64,000 nucleotides of DNA from Trueperaceae bacterium. Its GTDB lineage: Bacteria; Deinococcota; Deinococci; Deinococcales; Trueperaceae. The notes under the pieces are model-generated. The model did not search any database, was not told where the DNA came from, and saw nothing but the letters and a program-made list of their open reading frames with translations. Below, in pieces: positions 1 through 9,924 of this stretch. The position numbers and the translations under genes were made by a program. The stretch is from assembly GCA_965214405.1 (NCBI GenBank), contig OZ243956.1, positions 544,001 through 608,000 on the forward strand, written 5' to 3'. The stretch's first letter is position 1, and each line of letters starts with the position of its first letter.

Positions 1-128
1 TCAAAGGTGAGGCCGAGCGCCTCTAAGAGCGCACGGCGGCGAGGCGAGGCGCTGGCAAGCACGAGCGTGACGGGCTGCGGACGTTTACCCAGAGCGCCCT
101 GACCTGCGGATTGACCCGTGACGTTCAC
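1..128 (-). CDS. maf: Maf family nucleotide pyrophosphatase, N-terminal part (runs off window)
   Basis: Minus strand reads VTLVLASASPRRRALLEALGLTF, the Maf N-terminal signature; GTG start at 128 is tentative. Confidence 0.85.
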   Translation of the reverse strand, partial: MNVTGQSAGQGALGKRPQPVTLVLASASPRRRALLEALGLTF

Positions 129-192
129 AATCTTCAGTTTAACCCTCACGACCAGGGTACACGTTGGGAAAAAATGTACGTTAAACTGGCGC

Positions 193-666
193 ATGACCCA
201 TTCCGGTTCAACCCTCCAAAACGGCGATCAGGCACCTCCTTTCGAACTCGAGTCCACCCAGGGCACCCAATCCTTAGAAACTTACCAGGGCGAGTGGGTC
301 GTCCTCTACTTCTACCCCAAAGACAATACGCCCGGCTGCACCGCCGAGGCCTGCGACTTTAGGGACGCCCTGCCCGGCATGAACGCTTCCGTTATCGGCG
401 TGTCGGCGGACGATATGGCCTCGCACGAGGCGTTTAGGGACGAGTACAGCCTGTCCTTCCCGCTCGCTTCCGACGCGGGCGCGGAGGTTGCCAAGGCCTA
501 CGGCACCTACGGCAGCAAAGAGATGGGCGGCAAGACCTATACGGGTACGTTGCGCTCGACGTTTATCATCAACCCAGAAGGCCACATCGCCGAGGCGATG
601 TACAACGTGAGCGCGCAGGGCCACGCCGAGAAGGTGCAGGCGCGGCTCGCCGAGTTGCAGGCGTAA
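193..666 (+). CDS. bcp: Peroxiredoxin Bcp/PrxQ
   Basis: YFYPKDNTPGCTAEAC motif; ATG193 preceded by TAAACT-N5 (leaderless-type). Confidence 0.92.
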   Translation: MTHSGSTLQNGDQAPPFELESTQGTQSLETYQGEWVVLYFYPKDNTPGCTAEACDFRDALPGMNASVIGVSADDMASHEAFRDEYSLSFPLASDAGAEVAKAYGTYGSKEMGGKTYTGTLRSTFIINPEGHIAEAMYNVSAQGHAEKVQARLAELQA

Positions 667-672
667 AGCGGC

Positions 673-1395
673 GTGAACGGTTCGGAGAGCCAAGAAACTT
701 TGGACAAGCTCGAGGCCCAAAAAGAGCGAGCCGCCTTGGAGGCCGTGAAACATATCGAGAGCGGGATGCTCATTGGGCTCGGCACGGGCAGCACCGCCAA
801 GTACGCAATTCAGGCCGTGGGGGAGCGCCTGAGAGACGGCACCCTGAGCGATATACGCGCGGTCGTTACGTCCGAGGCGAGTAGGGCGATGGCGGAGGCG
901 CTCAACATTCCCTTGGTTGAACTCACCGGGAGAACGCTCGACGTGGCGATTGACGGCATGGACGAAATCGACCCGGATTTGAACGCCATCAAAGGCTTGG
1001 GCGGCGCGCTGACGAGAGAAAAGATCGTCGAGGCTTGCGCGAAGCTCCTTGTTTTGATTGGCGACGAGACGAAGCGGGTGAAGCATCTGGGTGAGCGCGC
1101 GCTCATCCCTGTGGAGGTCGTGCCTTTTGGCTGGCGGGCGACGCGGGGCAAGCTCGAAGCCCTGGACTGCCGCCCCACGTTGCGCGTTCGTAACGGCGAA
1201 ACGTTCGTGACCGACAACGGCAACTATATTCTTGACTGCGCCGTCACCCCGCCGGTTGATGTCTACGCCCTCTCGAGTGAGATATCCGCGCTACCCGGCG
1301 TGGTCGAACACGGGCTCTTTTTAGACATGGCCGGTCTCGCCTATGTGGCGACCTCACAAGACGTGGTCACGCTGACCCGCGGGGGTGACGCGTGA
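673..1395 (+). CDS. rpiA: Ribose-5-phosphate isomerase A
   Basis: GLGTGST, IDGMDE, IKGLGGALTREK, GVVEHGLF motifs. Confidence 0.95.
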   Translation: MNGSESQETLDKLEAQKERAALEAVKHIESGMLIGLGTGSTAKYAIQAVGERLRDGTLSDIRAVVTSEASRAMAEALNIPLVELTGRTLDVAIDGMDEIDPDLNAIKGLGGALTREKIVEACAKLLVLIGDETKRVKHLGERALIPVEVVPFGWRATRGKLEALDCRPTLRVRNGETFVTDNGNYILDCAVTPPVDVYALSSEISALPGVVEHGLFLDMAGLAYVATSQDVVTLTRGGDA

Positions 1396-1754
1396 TTGTC
1401 GCGGTAGGCCTTGACGTGGTCGAGCTTGTGCGCATCAAAAGAATTTGGCAGCGCCACCCCGAAAGGTTTTTGTACCGCCACTTCGCCCCCGAAGAAATCC
1501 GCTACTGCCGCAACAAAGCCGACCCGCTGCCGAGCATCGCCGCGCGCTTTGCCGCCAAAGAGGCGTTTCAGAAGTGCTGGTTCGAAAACCACGGCTGGCA
1601 AGACGTGTGGGTGGAGATAGAGGGCGTCAAACCCAGGCTGCACTTTTGCGACCCCATTCGCCAGGAAATGGAGACGCGCGGCTGGGTGGCCCACCTGAGT
1701 CTCACCAACGAAAAAAGCTACGCGGCGGCGATGGTCGTGCTCGAGGCGCGCTAG
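1392..1754 (+). CDS. acpS: Holo-ACP synthase
   Basis: GLDVVE and AARFAAKEA motifs; GTGA overlap with rpiA. Confidence 0.92.
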   Translation: MIVAVGLDVVELVRIKRIWQRHPERFLYRHFAPEEIRYCRNKADPLPSIAARFAAKEAFQKCWFENHGWQDVWVEIEGVKPRLHFCDPIRQEMETRGWVAHLSLTNEKSYAAAMVVLEAR

Positions 1755-1862
1755 TCTTTTTGTAACCTTCTGCCAAACGCCTCGAGCCTTTTCTGATTTT
1801 TTTACCTGTCCGTTACCCTACACACTACGTGTTACCTCTTCTGCTCGATGTTTATCTTAGGT

Positions 1863-2300
1863 TTATCTTAGCGCCACAGCCCGCTGCAACCACGCCTGCG
1901 CCGCGCCAGCGTCGTTACGCTGGTGGGCGTAAAAAGCCAAGGAGCGCGAGGCCAACGCGGCTTGCGTGCGCGCGCTGTAGTCCCAATTGCCGCCGAGCTG
2001 CCGGTAGTCGCGCCAGCTCTCCCAAGCGAGAATCCACCAGTGAGTTTCGGTATAGACTTCGGCCAACAGGCGCTGCGCCTCCCTGTCCTGCGGGTCTTGC
2101 GCGACGAGAAAACGCGCCGCCAGAATCGTGACCGCCCAGGTGTCGAAGTCGGGATACGCTGCCGCGTAATCGGCTCTGGCCTTTTCGCGGAGCGCTTCTA
2201 CCTGACTCATGGTGAGAGGCTGGGTAGAGGATTGAGCCAGGGAAAGGCTCGAGAACACGAGAGCCAAAGAAACGAACAAAATCTTACGCAAATGGTTCAT
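1863..2300 (-). CDS. Secreted helical (TPR-like) hypothetical protein
   Basis: Signal peptide ending SLAQ; GGTGA SD-like upstream; helical repeat-like composition. Confidence 0.7.
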   Translation of the reverse strand: MNHLRKILFVSLALVFSSLSLAQSSTQPLTMSQVEALREKARADYAAAYPDFDTWAVTILAARFLVAQDPQDREAQRLLAEVYTETHWWILAWESWRDYRQLGGNWDYSARTQAALASRSLAFYAHQRNDAGAAQAWLQRAVALR

Positions 2301-2501
2301 GGAGTCACCTTCTGTTGCGAATTTCCTCCCGCGCGCTCGGTCGTACTCACCACATCAGGCGTATACAAAACGTGTGCGGGCGCAGGAGGTGTAAAACGAG
2401 GATACTCTTCCCCCGCCCGGACGCTATGAAATTTTTGTCAAGGCTGTGAAGAGCGAGAACTTTTACATCACCATAACGGGCGTGAGCGCTACTATTCTCG
2501 C

Positions 2502-3716
2502 GTGAAAAACCTTTTTAGATCACCGTCCGCCCTCGTCTTGACCCTGCTCCCCCTACTCGCCGCGTGCGGCGGCGTGGAGGGCGAGCCTGCGAAAGCAACC
2601 GGGCCGGGCTATTCGGAAGAGGCGTTCCGGAGCGCCGCGGGCGAGCTTGTAGGAAGCGCGGCCACGTTGGCCGCGGCGGCGGCAGAGAGCGAGACCGCCC
2701 TGGTGCTCGAGTCCTTCCCAACGGGCGCGGGGCTTGACGCCTCTCCTCTGGGCGTTCTTTTGCAGCCGCACCCCAGCAAAACGGCGCGCCTATTTGCGAC
2801 CGCGTACCGCGCGCTCGAGCATACTGACGGCGACCTGCCTCGCGGCGCGTTCGTCTACAACGAAGAAAATAACCTCTGGGAAAGTACCTCCGCGACGGAC
2901 GATCTCGTTCTTGGGTGGACGTACCACGACGACCAGGGCGCTCACAACGCCGAGTTGACGGTTGATTGGGACGCCTCTGGAGCAACGGAAGTCATAGACA
3001 ATGGTGAGGGCGGGGGCGCTAATGGCGGGGGCTCCGAAAGCTTTGAAGTGCCCACCGGCATGAACGTGAAACTTCGCGCCGACGGAACCGTGCTCGCGGA
3101 CGTTGACGCCGCGCTCTCCTGGTTTGGCAACACCTACTGCGACGGCACGGTCATCTTTTACGACCCGAGGAACTCAAGCGCCTCGGGCTTTATCGGCGAC
3201 GACGAGGTTCGTTTAACGTTTGACGTGAGCGCCGGTGCCAAGGATGACGACGGCGAGGGTGCCGACACCTTGAGCAGCAAGGGCGCGGTAACTTTAAGCG
3301 CCGGAGCGGACGAGACGAGCGTCAATTGGGACGTTTCCGCAGTGGGCACACTCGTCGAGATTGACGAAGAAACGGTCTGCGGGCTACGGTTCGACACCGA
3401 CCGCGGCAGCGTGGGCTTCGGTAGCGCGGTGAGAGTAGAGGGTAAAACCAGCAGCTTTAACCTCTCGTTCGACTTCAGCGCCATCGGGCAAAACATGAGC
3501 GCCGTCACCCTTCAAAACGGCGTGGTCACCCTGAGCGGCGAGAGAGCGCTGCTGTTCTCGGGCACGCTCGACGACGCCAACGAGAACGGCGTGCCGGGGG
3601 AAAACCTCGCGCTAACCTTTGACGGGCAAACCACCACCCTCGAGGCGCTCCTAAACGACCTTGTCAAGGACGTGATGAGCTCGAGCGTTTCAAGATTCAC
3701 CACCTTGTTGCGCTAG
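2502..3716 (+). CDS. Acidic hypothetical lipoprotein
   Basis: Lipobox LAAC; TACTAT-N6-GTG start; 404-aa ORF. Confidence 0.75.
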   Translation: MKNLFRSPSALVLTLLPLLAACGGVEGEPAKATGPGYSEEAFRSAAGELVGSAATLAAAAAESETALVLESFPTGAGLDASPLGVLLQPHPSKTARLFATAYRALEHTDGDLPRGAFVYNEENNLWESTSATDDLVLGWTYHDDQGAHNAELTVDWDASGATEVIDNGEGGGANGGGSESFEVPTGMNVKLRADGTVLADVDAALSWFGNTYCDGTVIFYDPRNSSASGFIGDDEVRLTFDVSAGAKDDDGEGADTLSSKGAVTLSAGADETSVNWDVSAVGTLVEIDEETVCGLRFDTDRGSVGFGSAVRVEGKTSSFNLSFDFSAIGQNMSAVTLQNGVVTLSGERALLFSGTLDDANENGVPGENLALTFDGQTTTLEALLNDLVKDVMSSSVSRFTTLLR

Positions 3717-3756
3717 CTTCGGGGCGTTGAGCCCGGTATGACCTGCCGGGGCGAAC

Positions 3757-3795
3757 TAAAACCAAGAACAGCCAGTTGCGGCTGTTCTTGGTTTT
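3757..3795. terminator. Intrinsic terminator after the lipoprotein gene (possibly bidirectional)
   Basis: AAAACCAAGAACAGCC-loop-GGCTGTTCTTGGTTTT inverted repeat. Confidence 0.75.
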
Positions 3796-3892
3796 ATCTT
3801 ACTTTTATATTCCTTACAGCTTTACAACCTCTTGAACGGTGCTCGAGCCTCCTTGCTCGCGTTCTTTAGAGGGTCAAGATGATCTTGGCAAC

Positions 3893-3920
3893 AAAAAACC
3901 CGGACGAACGCGTCCGGGTT
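3893..3920 (-). terminator. Intrinsic terminator of ldrP
   Basis: AACCCGGACG-AACG-CGTCCGGGTT hairpin with a T-run on the minus strand. Confidence 0.75.
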
Positions 3921-3942
3921 CGGCGTTAAACTTTAAGAGGCC

Positions 3943-4602
3943 CTAGAAACCTTGGGCGATTTCGTCCAAACCGTCGGGCAGCAGCAGCACGATGCAGCGG
4001 TAACCCGACTCGATGAGCCCTTCGCTACGCAGTTCGGTGATGATCTTTGACACGCTCTCGCGCGTACTTGCGGTGCCCTCGGCGATAAGTTCGTGCGTCG
4101 CCGAGATCATGGTGCGGCTCTGTTCGTCTTGTGAGGCGAGCGGCGTTTCGGAAAGCTTCATGAGGTAGCGGGCCACGCGCTGGCGCAGGTCGCCCGTTTG
4201 CAGATGGTACTCGTAGTCCATGAGGCGCTGCATCTGCTTGGACAGAGACTGCGTGATGGTCATGAGGTCGCCGTGGTTAATCATTTGCGGGTCGATGGCC
4301 TCAATTTGCGCGTTGGTCAGCGCCTCGGCGATTTCTTCGCGTTTGGCGTTCATAAAGGCTTCTTCGCCAAAAAAGTCGCCGGGCATCACGTGGCGCACCG
4401 TCAGGATACGGCCCTCGGGCGTCATGCGGGTAATGCGGATGAGCCCATTTTTCACTCTAAATACCGACTGCGCCGGGTCGCCGTTGTGGTAAAGCGTCTG
4501 CTTGCGCTGAAACTTGAGCGTTTGGCTGGGCGCGGCCAGAACGGGCTGCTCCCCTTGAACGGGCTGGTCGGTCACGTGAAGCTGGTTATAAAGGTTATTC
4601 AT
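3943..4602 (-). CDS. ldrP: Crp/Fnr family regulator, LdrP-like
   Basis: cNMP-binding fold (GDFFGEEA) plus HTH (THELIAEGTASTRESVSK); directly downstream of litR/carH as in Thermus. Confidence 0.8.
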   Translation of the reverse strand: MNNLYNQLHVTDQPVQGEQPVLAAPSQTLKFQRKQTLYHNGDPAQSVFRVKNGLIRITRMTPEGRILTVRHVMPGDFFGEEAFMNAKREEIAEALTNAQIEAIDPQMINHGDLMTITQSLSKQMQRLMDYEYHLQTGDLRQRVARYLMKLSETPLASQDEQSRTMISATHELIAEGTASTRESVSKIITELRSEGLIESGYRCIVLLLPDGLDEIAQGF

Positions 4603-4819
4603 GGTCGCGCCTCCTTGATAAGTGGGTCGAGCTGCCGAGATCGTACGGGTTGGGTGACGAATCAGGTGAAGGGACGTAGCCTTCAGGCGGTTTAACGGTT
4701 GTGCGCGGCTTATTCACATTTCCTCACCCTCTCTTTGACTCCCGACTCGCGTAACCACCAACTTGTGACCTCCAATTTTTTCTCTCCATCTGCCTCCCCC
4801 AAAAGATAAAAGGACCTGT

Positions 4820-5719
4820 TCACGCGCTCGCTCGCCCTATGGGCGCCGAAGCGCCGACCAAATCGTGAAAATGAGCCACCGCGTGCAAGAGGTCGCCCGA
4901 TAGATGGACGCCGCCCAGAGAACGCGCAAGCTCGGGATGTTCGTCAAAGGCGCGCCCCTCGAGCGCGAGCACCGGCACCACGTCTTGCAGCGCGCAGCGG
5001 CTCTCGAGCAGCCGCTGCAAGGCCGACGCGGTGGTGGCCGAGACGAGCACGCCCACGGGCCGGAGCGCTTCGGCGGTCTCCTTGAGGTCGAGCAGCGGCG
5101 TGTCGGCCCCCAAATAAAGCACGCAGTAACCCGCGCGGCACAAAAACACCGCCGCCGTGAGCGCCTCTAATTCGCGCCTTTCGGAAGGCGCGCAGGCCAC
5201 AATGACGGTGGGCATGTGCTGAAGATTTTTTGAGATGTTGAGAAGCGCGCGTAGCCGCCCCTGTAAGTACGAGGTAGCGAAGTGCTCAACGGAGGCGTTG
5301 ACCTCGCCGCGGCGCCAAAGCGCGCCGATGTCTTCCATTGCGCCCTGGAAAAGCTCGAGCAGCACTCCCTCGACCGTATGAAGCGCGTGCGCCTCGCTCA
5401 AAATCTCGTTGGCCTGCGCCTCGTCAAAGGCTCTAAACGCCCCCACCAGCGTTTCTCGCATCTCGCGCAAAGAGCGCGACCCCCGCGCGCTCAACGTAAA
5501 TTTGACCAGCTCCGCCGCCCTCGAGGCGGGGACGCCGTCGGCAATATGAAACTTCATCGTTTCAATGTGCGCCACGTCCGCGTCGCTGTAGAGGCGGTAA
5601 CCCGAGTCGGCACGGTCAGGCTTAGGGAAGCCGTAGCGCCTCTCCCACTGGCGCAACGTGCTGGCCGGTACCTTCGTACGCTCCTCAACCTCGTTGACGG
5701 TATATTTGCCTCTGGTCAT
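4820..5719 (-). CDS. litR: MerR-family CarH/LitR-type regulator with a degenerate cobalamin-binding domain
   Basis: TLRQWERRYG MerR HTH; W-x9-EH (WRRGEVNASVEH); YLGADTP; the ExHxxG motif reads ERRELE. Confidence 0.85.
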   Translation of the reverse strand: MTRGKYTVNEVEERTKVPASTLRQWERRYGFPKPDRADSGYRLYSDADVAHIETMKFHIADGVPASRAAELVKFTLSARGSRSLREMRETLVGAFRAFDEAQANEILSEAHALHTVEGVLLELFQGAMEDIGALWRRGEVNASVEHFATSYLQGRLRALLNISKNLQHMPTVIVACAPSERRELEALTAAVFLCRAGYCVLYLGADTPLLDLKETAEALRPVGVLVSATTASALQRLLESRCALQDVVPVLALEGRAFDEHPELARSLGGVHLSGDLLHAVAHFHDLVGASAPIGRASA

Positions 5720-5845
5720 CGCTTCTCGCCCGTTTCCGCGCTCGTCTCTTGCGCCCTGCCCCCTCTTGGTTAGCCTACTCGCCCCATATGAATGCCTGGT
5801 ACATATTCTATGTGAAGTGTATAACATCCGTACAAGGTAAGGCTG

Positions 5846-5875
5846 AGTATAAGGCGAACCTTGTACACCTGTCAA
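5846..5875 (-). promoter_or_regulatory. Sigma70 promoter of litR with a TGTACA site in the spacer
   Basis: TTGACA (5875-5870)-N18-TATACT (5851-5846). Confidence 0.6.
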
Positions 5876-6050
5876 GCCCATATTTCTTCCGTCTGTGACG
5901 ACGCTTTCCCAAAAAGTACATTTGTAACCGTACAATTGTTGTACAAGCTTGGTATGAGCACACTGTGAGCTGGCGCGCTATGAAAGGCTACAGTTTGTAC
6001 AAGGTTACAGAGCGATGAGAAAGGTGGGGAGAAAGGCGTAGTATGCTCTT

Positions 6051-6881
6051 ATGAATTTTTCACTCGGCTACTCGCCTTGCCCCAACGACTGCTTTATCTT
6101 CTACGCGCTCGCGCACCAAAAGGTGCATCCTGAGCTACGCTGGCGCGTTCACTTAGACGACGTTGAAGCGCTCAACCAGCTCGCGGCGCGGGGTGCGCTC
6201 GACGTAACCAAAATCAGCTATCACGCGTACGGGCACCTTATGGACGGTTACGTCATGCTCCGGTGCGGCGGGGCGCTCGGTAACGGGGTGGGGCCGCTTA
6301 TCGTCACCAAGGAGGCGCTGAGGTCTTTGGAAGGCAAACGCGTCGCCACGCCGGGCGGGCTCACCACCGCGAATTTGCTCCTCAGACTCTCGCAGCCGGA
6401 CGTCGAAACCGTTGAACTCCGCTACGACCGCATCATGCCCGCCGTGGCTGCGGGCGAGGTGGACGCGGGGCTCATCATCCACGAATCGCGCTTTGTTTAT
6501 CCCCGCTACGGCCTGCACAAATATCTTGACCTGGGTGAGTGGTGGCATGAAAAGACGGGCGAACTCTTGCCCCTGGGCGGCATCATGGCGAAGCGGAGCT
6601 TGGGGGAGGTGCTGGGGGAGCTCGAGACCGCCGTCCGCGAGAGCCTGCGCTACGCCTACGCGCACCCTGAAGAAACGCGCCCCTACATCGCCGCGCACGC
6701 GCAGGAGCTGAGCGAAGAGGTGAGGCAAAAGCATATCGACCTCTACGTCAACGCCTATTCGCTCGACGTGGGTGAGGCGGGAGCGCGCGCCGTCGAGACG
6801 CTCCTGGAGCGGGGCCGGGAAGCGGGCCTGCTTCCCGAGACGACCCAGACCACCTTTTACGGGAGCCCGACTCACGCGTGA
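6051..6881 (+). CDS. mqnD: 1,4-dihydroxy-6-naphthoate synthase (futalosine pathway)
   Basis: SPCPND, IIHESRF, LPLGG, HIDLYVN motifs. Confidence 0.93.
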   Translation: MNFSLGYSPCPNDCFIFYALAHQKVHPELRWRVHLDDVEALNQLAARGALDVTKISYHAYGHLMDGYVMLRCGGALGNGVGPLIVTKEALRSLEGKRVATPGGLTTANLLLRLSQPDVETVELRYDRIMPAVAAGEVDAGLIIHESRFVYPRYGLHKYLDLGEWWHEKTGELLPLGGIMAKRSLGEVLGELETAVRESLRYAYAHPEETRPYIAAHAQELSEEVRQKHIDLYVNAYSLDVGEAGARAVETLLERGREAGLLPETTQTTFYGSPTHA

Positions 6882-6941
6882 TATAAATCCGTATGCAGCA
6901 GACATCTTTTATAAGAAGCACAAGCCTGTGAGGGACGAGCT

Positions 6942-7487
6942 GTGATACGGCAAATGTGGTGGGCGGCCTCCTCGCCGGGGAGGTGGTTCGGGGGGCTCGA
7001 GGCCGACCACCCCGACCTCAAACCCGCCCTGCTCGCCGCGCTGCTCTCACTCTTGACGGGCGCGCTCGGGTTGGGCGTGGCCTTTTTGCGGGCGACCGCC
7101 TCGGACGCGCTGCTCCCGGTACTCTTGGCCGCGCTCGGGCTCGGGCTGCTCCTGGCGCTCCCCCTGGTGGGGGCCGGGAGCCTTCTTTTGCAAACGCTCG
7201 GCAGGCTCGACCTGCGCGCCTGGGAGGTGGTGGCGTGGAGCTGGACCCCGGCCTTTTGGACGAGCGTGTCGTTTTTGCCTGCCGCATTTTTAGCGCCGAC
7301 CGTCGCGCTGCCCTTGGGGCTGCTCACGGCGGTTGTGTGGCACCTCGTGGTGCTGCGCGCGGGGCTGCGGGTGTTTATGCAAAGGCGGCGGGGGGTGTTT
7401 TTGGGGCTTTACACGCTCGCCGTGTTTGGGCTACCGGGGGCGCTCGCGGTCTCTATCGGCGCGCTGCTGGCGGGCGTGGGGCCGTGA
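6942..7487 (+). CDS. Multi-pass membrane protein (Yip1-like)
   Basis: About five hydrophobic segments; SPGRWF N-terminus and WSWTP motif. Confidence 0.6.
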   Translation: MIRQMWWAASSPGRWFGGLEADHPDLKPALLAALLSLLTGALGLGVAFLRATASDALLPVLLAALGLGLLLALPLVGAGSLLLQTLGRLDLRAWEVVAWSWTPAFWTSVSFLPAAFLAPTVALPLGLLTAVVWHLVVLRAGLRVFMQRRRGVFLGLYTLAVFGLPGALAVSIGALLAGVGP

Positions 7488-7549
7488 GGGTGCAAGAAAC
7501 GCTGTAGACCTTCAAAAGAGTTGGGGAGCTCTGCCTAACTGCCAAGGAG

Positions 7550-7944
7550 AAGGACAACGCTTTTCTACCAACACACCGCAGGGCCTCCGGTTGGCTACTC
7601 GAGAGCTCTCCGCGTCGGCCCGCACGTGTTCGTGTCGGGCGCGACCGCCACAGACGAAGCGGGCGGCATTATTGCGGGCGGCGCTTACGCATAGGCTGCC
7701 CAGGTGTTGAAAAACATCGGGGTGACGTTAGGAGGGGTGGGGGCAACGCGGGCGCACGTGGTGAGGGCGCGCATTTATATCACGAATTGAGGATTGGCGG
7801 GGGGTTGCCAGAGCGCACGGGGAGGTTTTCGGCACCATCCGGCCCACCGCCACGCTCGTCGTCGTGGCGGGACTCATCGACCCCGCCACGCGCGTTGAAC
7901 TCGAGGTTGACGCTCTCGTGGCGGAGTATAGCGATTTTCGTTGA
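7550..7944 (+). pseudogene. RidA/YjgF-family pseudogene
   Basis: [17 protein letters not shown]...AHGEVFGTIRP...LIDPATRVELEVDA split by an in-frame TAG (7692-7694) and frameshifts; no start codon after AAGGAG. Confidence 0.8.
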
Positions 7945-8286
7945 CACTGAGCGAATTCAACGCAGATATCATCCCTTAAACTACGTCATAGACGGTAACC
8001 AATAAACTGAATCTCGCTCATAGGGATGATACCTGCTATAGTTGTAAAGACGTTTTATGAGCAGTTCTGCTGTACATCATAACGCTCCTCAAGATAATCT
8101 CTCCCAAGCGCTCACATCTTCCCAAAATAAAACAAGCTATACTTTTCGGAGCGGGTGCGCCTAGTGGTGTGGGGGAGTGTAGACGCAACCTGACAAAGCT
8201 GCAAAACCGGCGGGATTCTCAACACAGGCGGGATAATTAAGCGCAGATGACTCAAAACAGGGGCGTCACAGGGTGGCGACTGGAGG

Positions 8287-9861
8287 GTGGCTAACGTGGT
8301 GACAAAACCTACGGCAGGAACGGTGGAACAATCTTCTAGCTTTTCTAGTCCGGTGAGGACGCCCGAACGCGAGGGTGACGCGCCCCGCACCGACTTAGCC
8401 ACGCTCAGCCTCAAGTGGCTCTACGGCGCGCTGTTCGCGCTGAGCCTGATTGCCATCAACCCCTGGGGGAACGGTCGCGGCGACATTTGGGTGCAGCCCA
8501 AGGTGGACATTGTCGCCCTGCTGGCCCTGCTCAACTTAGGGTTTCTTATCTTTAGCAGGTTGGGCGGGAGTAGGCTTGGGGCCTCCCCCACCCGGCGCGT
8601 TCTCAAGGGCGCGGCAGCGCTCTGGGGGCTCTTTTTGGTTTCCGGACTCATCACGATGCTCCGGAGCCCGGCCCCGGCAAGTTCACTTCACGCGCACCCC
8701 GAAATGGGCGACGGCTACCTCTACTGGCTGCTCGTCGGCGCGTTTGTCCTCACCAACGCGCTGGTGCTCAAGGCCAACCCCAGGCTGTTCCGGATTCAGC
8801 TCATCGGCGTGGTGGTGGGCGGGTTTATCTTGGCCTGCGCGATGTTCCCGCAGGTGCTGGACTGGCGCATCGACTATACCGACACCTCGGGGCAAGTAAG
8901 TTCTGACGCCAGGATGCTGATGAGTTCGATGTGGGTGACCCAGATGCCCATCGGCTTTCACACCTCGAGGGGTCACGCGGGCTTTGTGGTGGCCGCGGCG
9001 GCGGTGCTGGCGCTCGTCGGCCTCCTGCGGGGGTGGCTCAAGCCTCTCTACGTCTGGCCGGGCTACTTCGCGCTGACGCTGGCGGTGTGGTCGACGGCCA
9101 CCAGGAGCATCTACGTCGCCTTTGCCGCGGGGCTCCTTTGGGTGCTCATCCGCTTTTTCTGGCGAAATGCCCCGCGCCGTCTCCTCCTTGGGGCGCTTCT
9201 GGTCCCGCTGCTGAGTTTTGGGGCGTATCAGGGCGCAACCTCCGTACTGAACGTAGAAACGCGCAGCGTGCCCGCGCTGCTGCCGTCCGCCGGAACGGAC
9301 CTCAACACCTACTCGTCGCTCCGGCTGGGGCTGTGGCAGACAGCCTTAGAGGCCATCCCGATGCGACCCCTTTTCGGCTGGGGCTTTGACGGCTTCGGCA
9401 TCTCCTGGCCCTACGTCGCGGACTGGGCCAAGTATCCCAACTATCTCGGCAACGGCGTGCCGGTGGAACGAATACTCGCGCCCTCCAATACCGGCTTTCG
9501 CTACCTCGGGACAGACGGGGCGGAGCATCAGGGCGGCGTTTATACCAACAAAGCGCACAACATCTTTATCGACACGGCGCTCTCGATTGGCCTGGTGGGG
9601 CTGGTTATTTACAGCGCGCTGTTTCTCCTCTTTTTTGTGGTGAGCGCGCGCGGGAGCGGCGGGGGCTTAGAGGCGGCGGCGGTGGTTTATTTCGTGTTCG
9701 GGCTCGCCTGGTTCGAGTCGGCGCAGTACAGCCACCTGGCCTGGTGGGCGCTCTCCGCCGGGCTCGGTCTGGCGCTCGCTCAGCGCGTGGCGCCCCAAAA
9801 GGAGGATGAGCCGACCCAAGAGAGACCGAGACTGGGGTCCGCCGTCGCCACGGGTGACTAG
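8287..9861 (+). CDS. O-antigen ligase / Wzy_C family membrane protein
   Basis: About 12 TM segments; RLGLW...RPLFGWG and KAHNIFID motifs. Confidence 0.8.
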   Translation: MANVVTKPTAGTVEQSSSFSSPVRTPEREGDAPRTDLATLSLKWLYGALFALSLIAINPWGNGRGDIWVQPKVDIVALLALLNLGFLIFSRLGGSRLGASPTRRVLKGAAALWGLFLVSGLITMLRSPAPASSLHAHPEMGDGYLYWLLVGAFVLTNALVLKANPRLFRIQLIGVVVGGFILACAMFPQVLDWRIDYTDTSGQVSSDARMLMSSMWVTQMPIGFHTSRGHAGFVVAAAAVLALVGLLRGWLKPLYVWPGYFALTLAVWSTATRSIYVAFAAGLLWVLIRFFWRNAPRRLLLGALLVPLLSFGAYQGATSVLNVETRSVPALLPSAGTDLNTYSSLRLGLWQTALEAIPMRPLFGWGFDGFGISWPYVADWAKYPNYLGNGVPVERILAPSNTGFRYLGTDGAEHQGGVYTNKAHNIFIDTALSIGLVGLVIYSALFLLFFVVSARGSGGGLEAAAVVYFVFGLAWFESAQYSHLAWWALSAGLGLALAQRVAPQKEDEPTQERPRLGSAVATGD

Positions 9862-9899
9862 GGGCAGAAGCTGAAGTTGAGAGCTGAGCCTCGAGTCTC

Positions 9900-9924
9900 A
9901 GGCCGGTAGAGGCTCTACCGGCCT
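9900..9924 (+). terminator. Hairpin, likely terminator
   Basis: AGGCCGGTAGAG / CTCTACCGGCCT inverted repeat. Confidence 0.5.
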
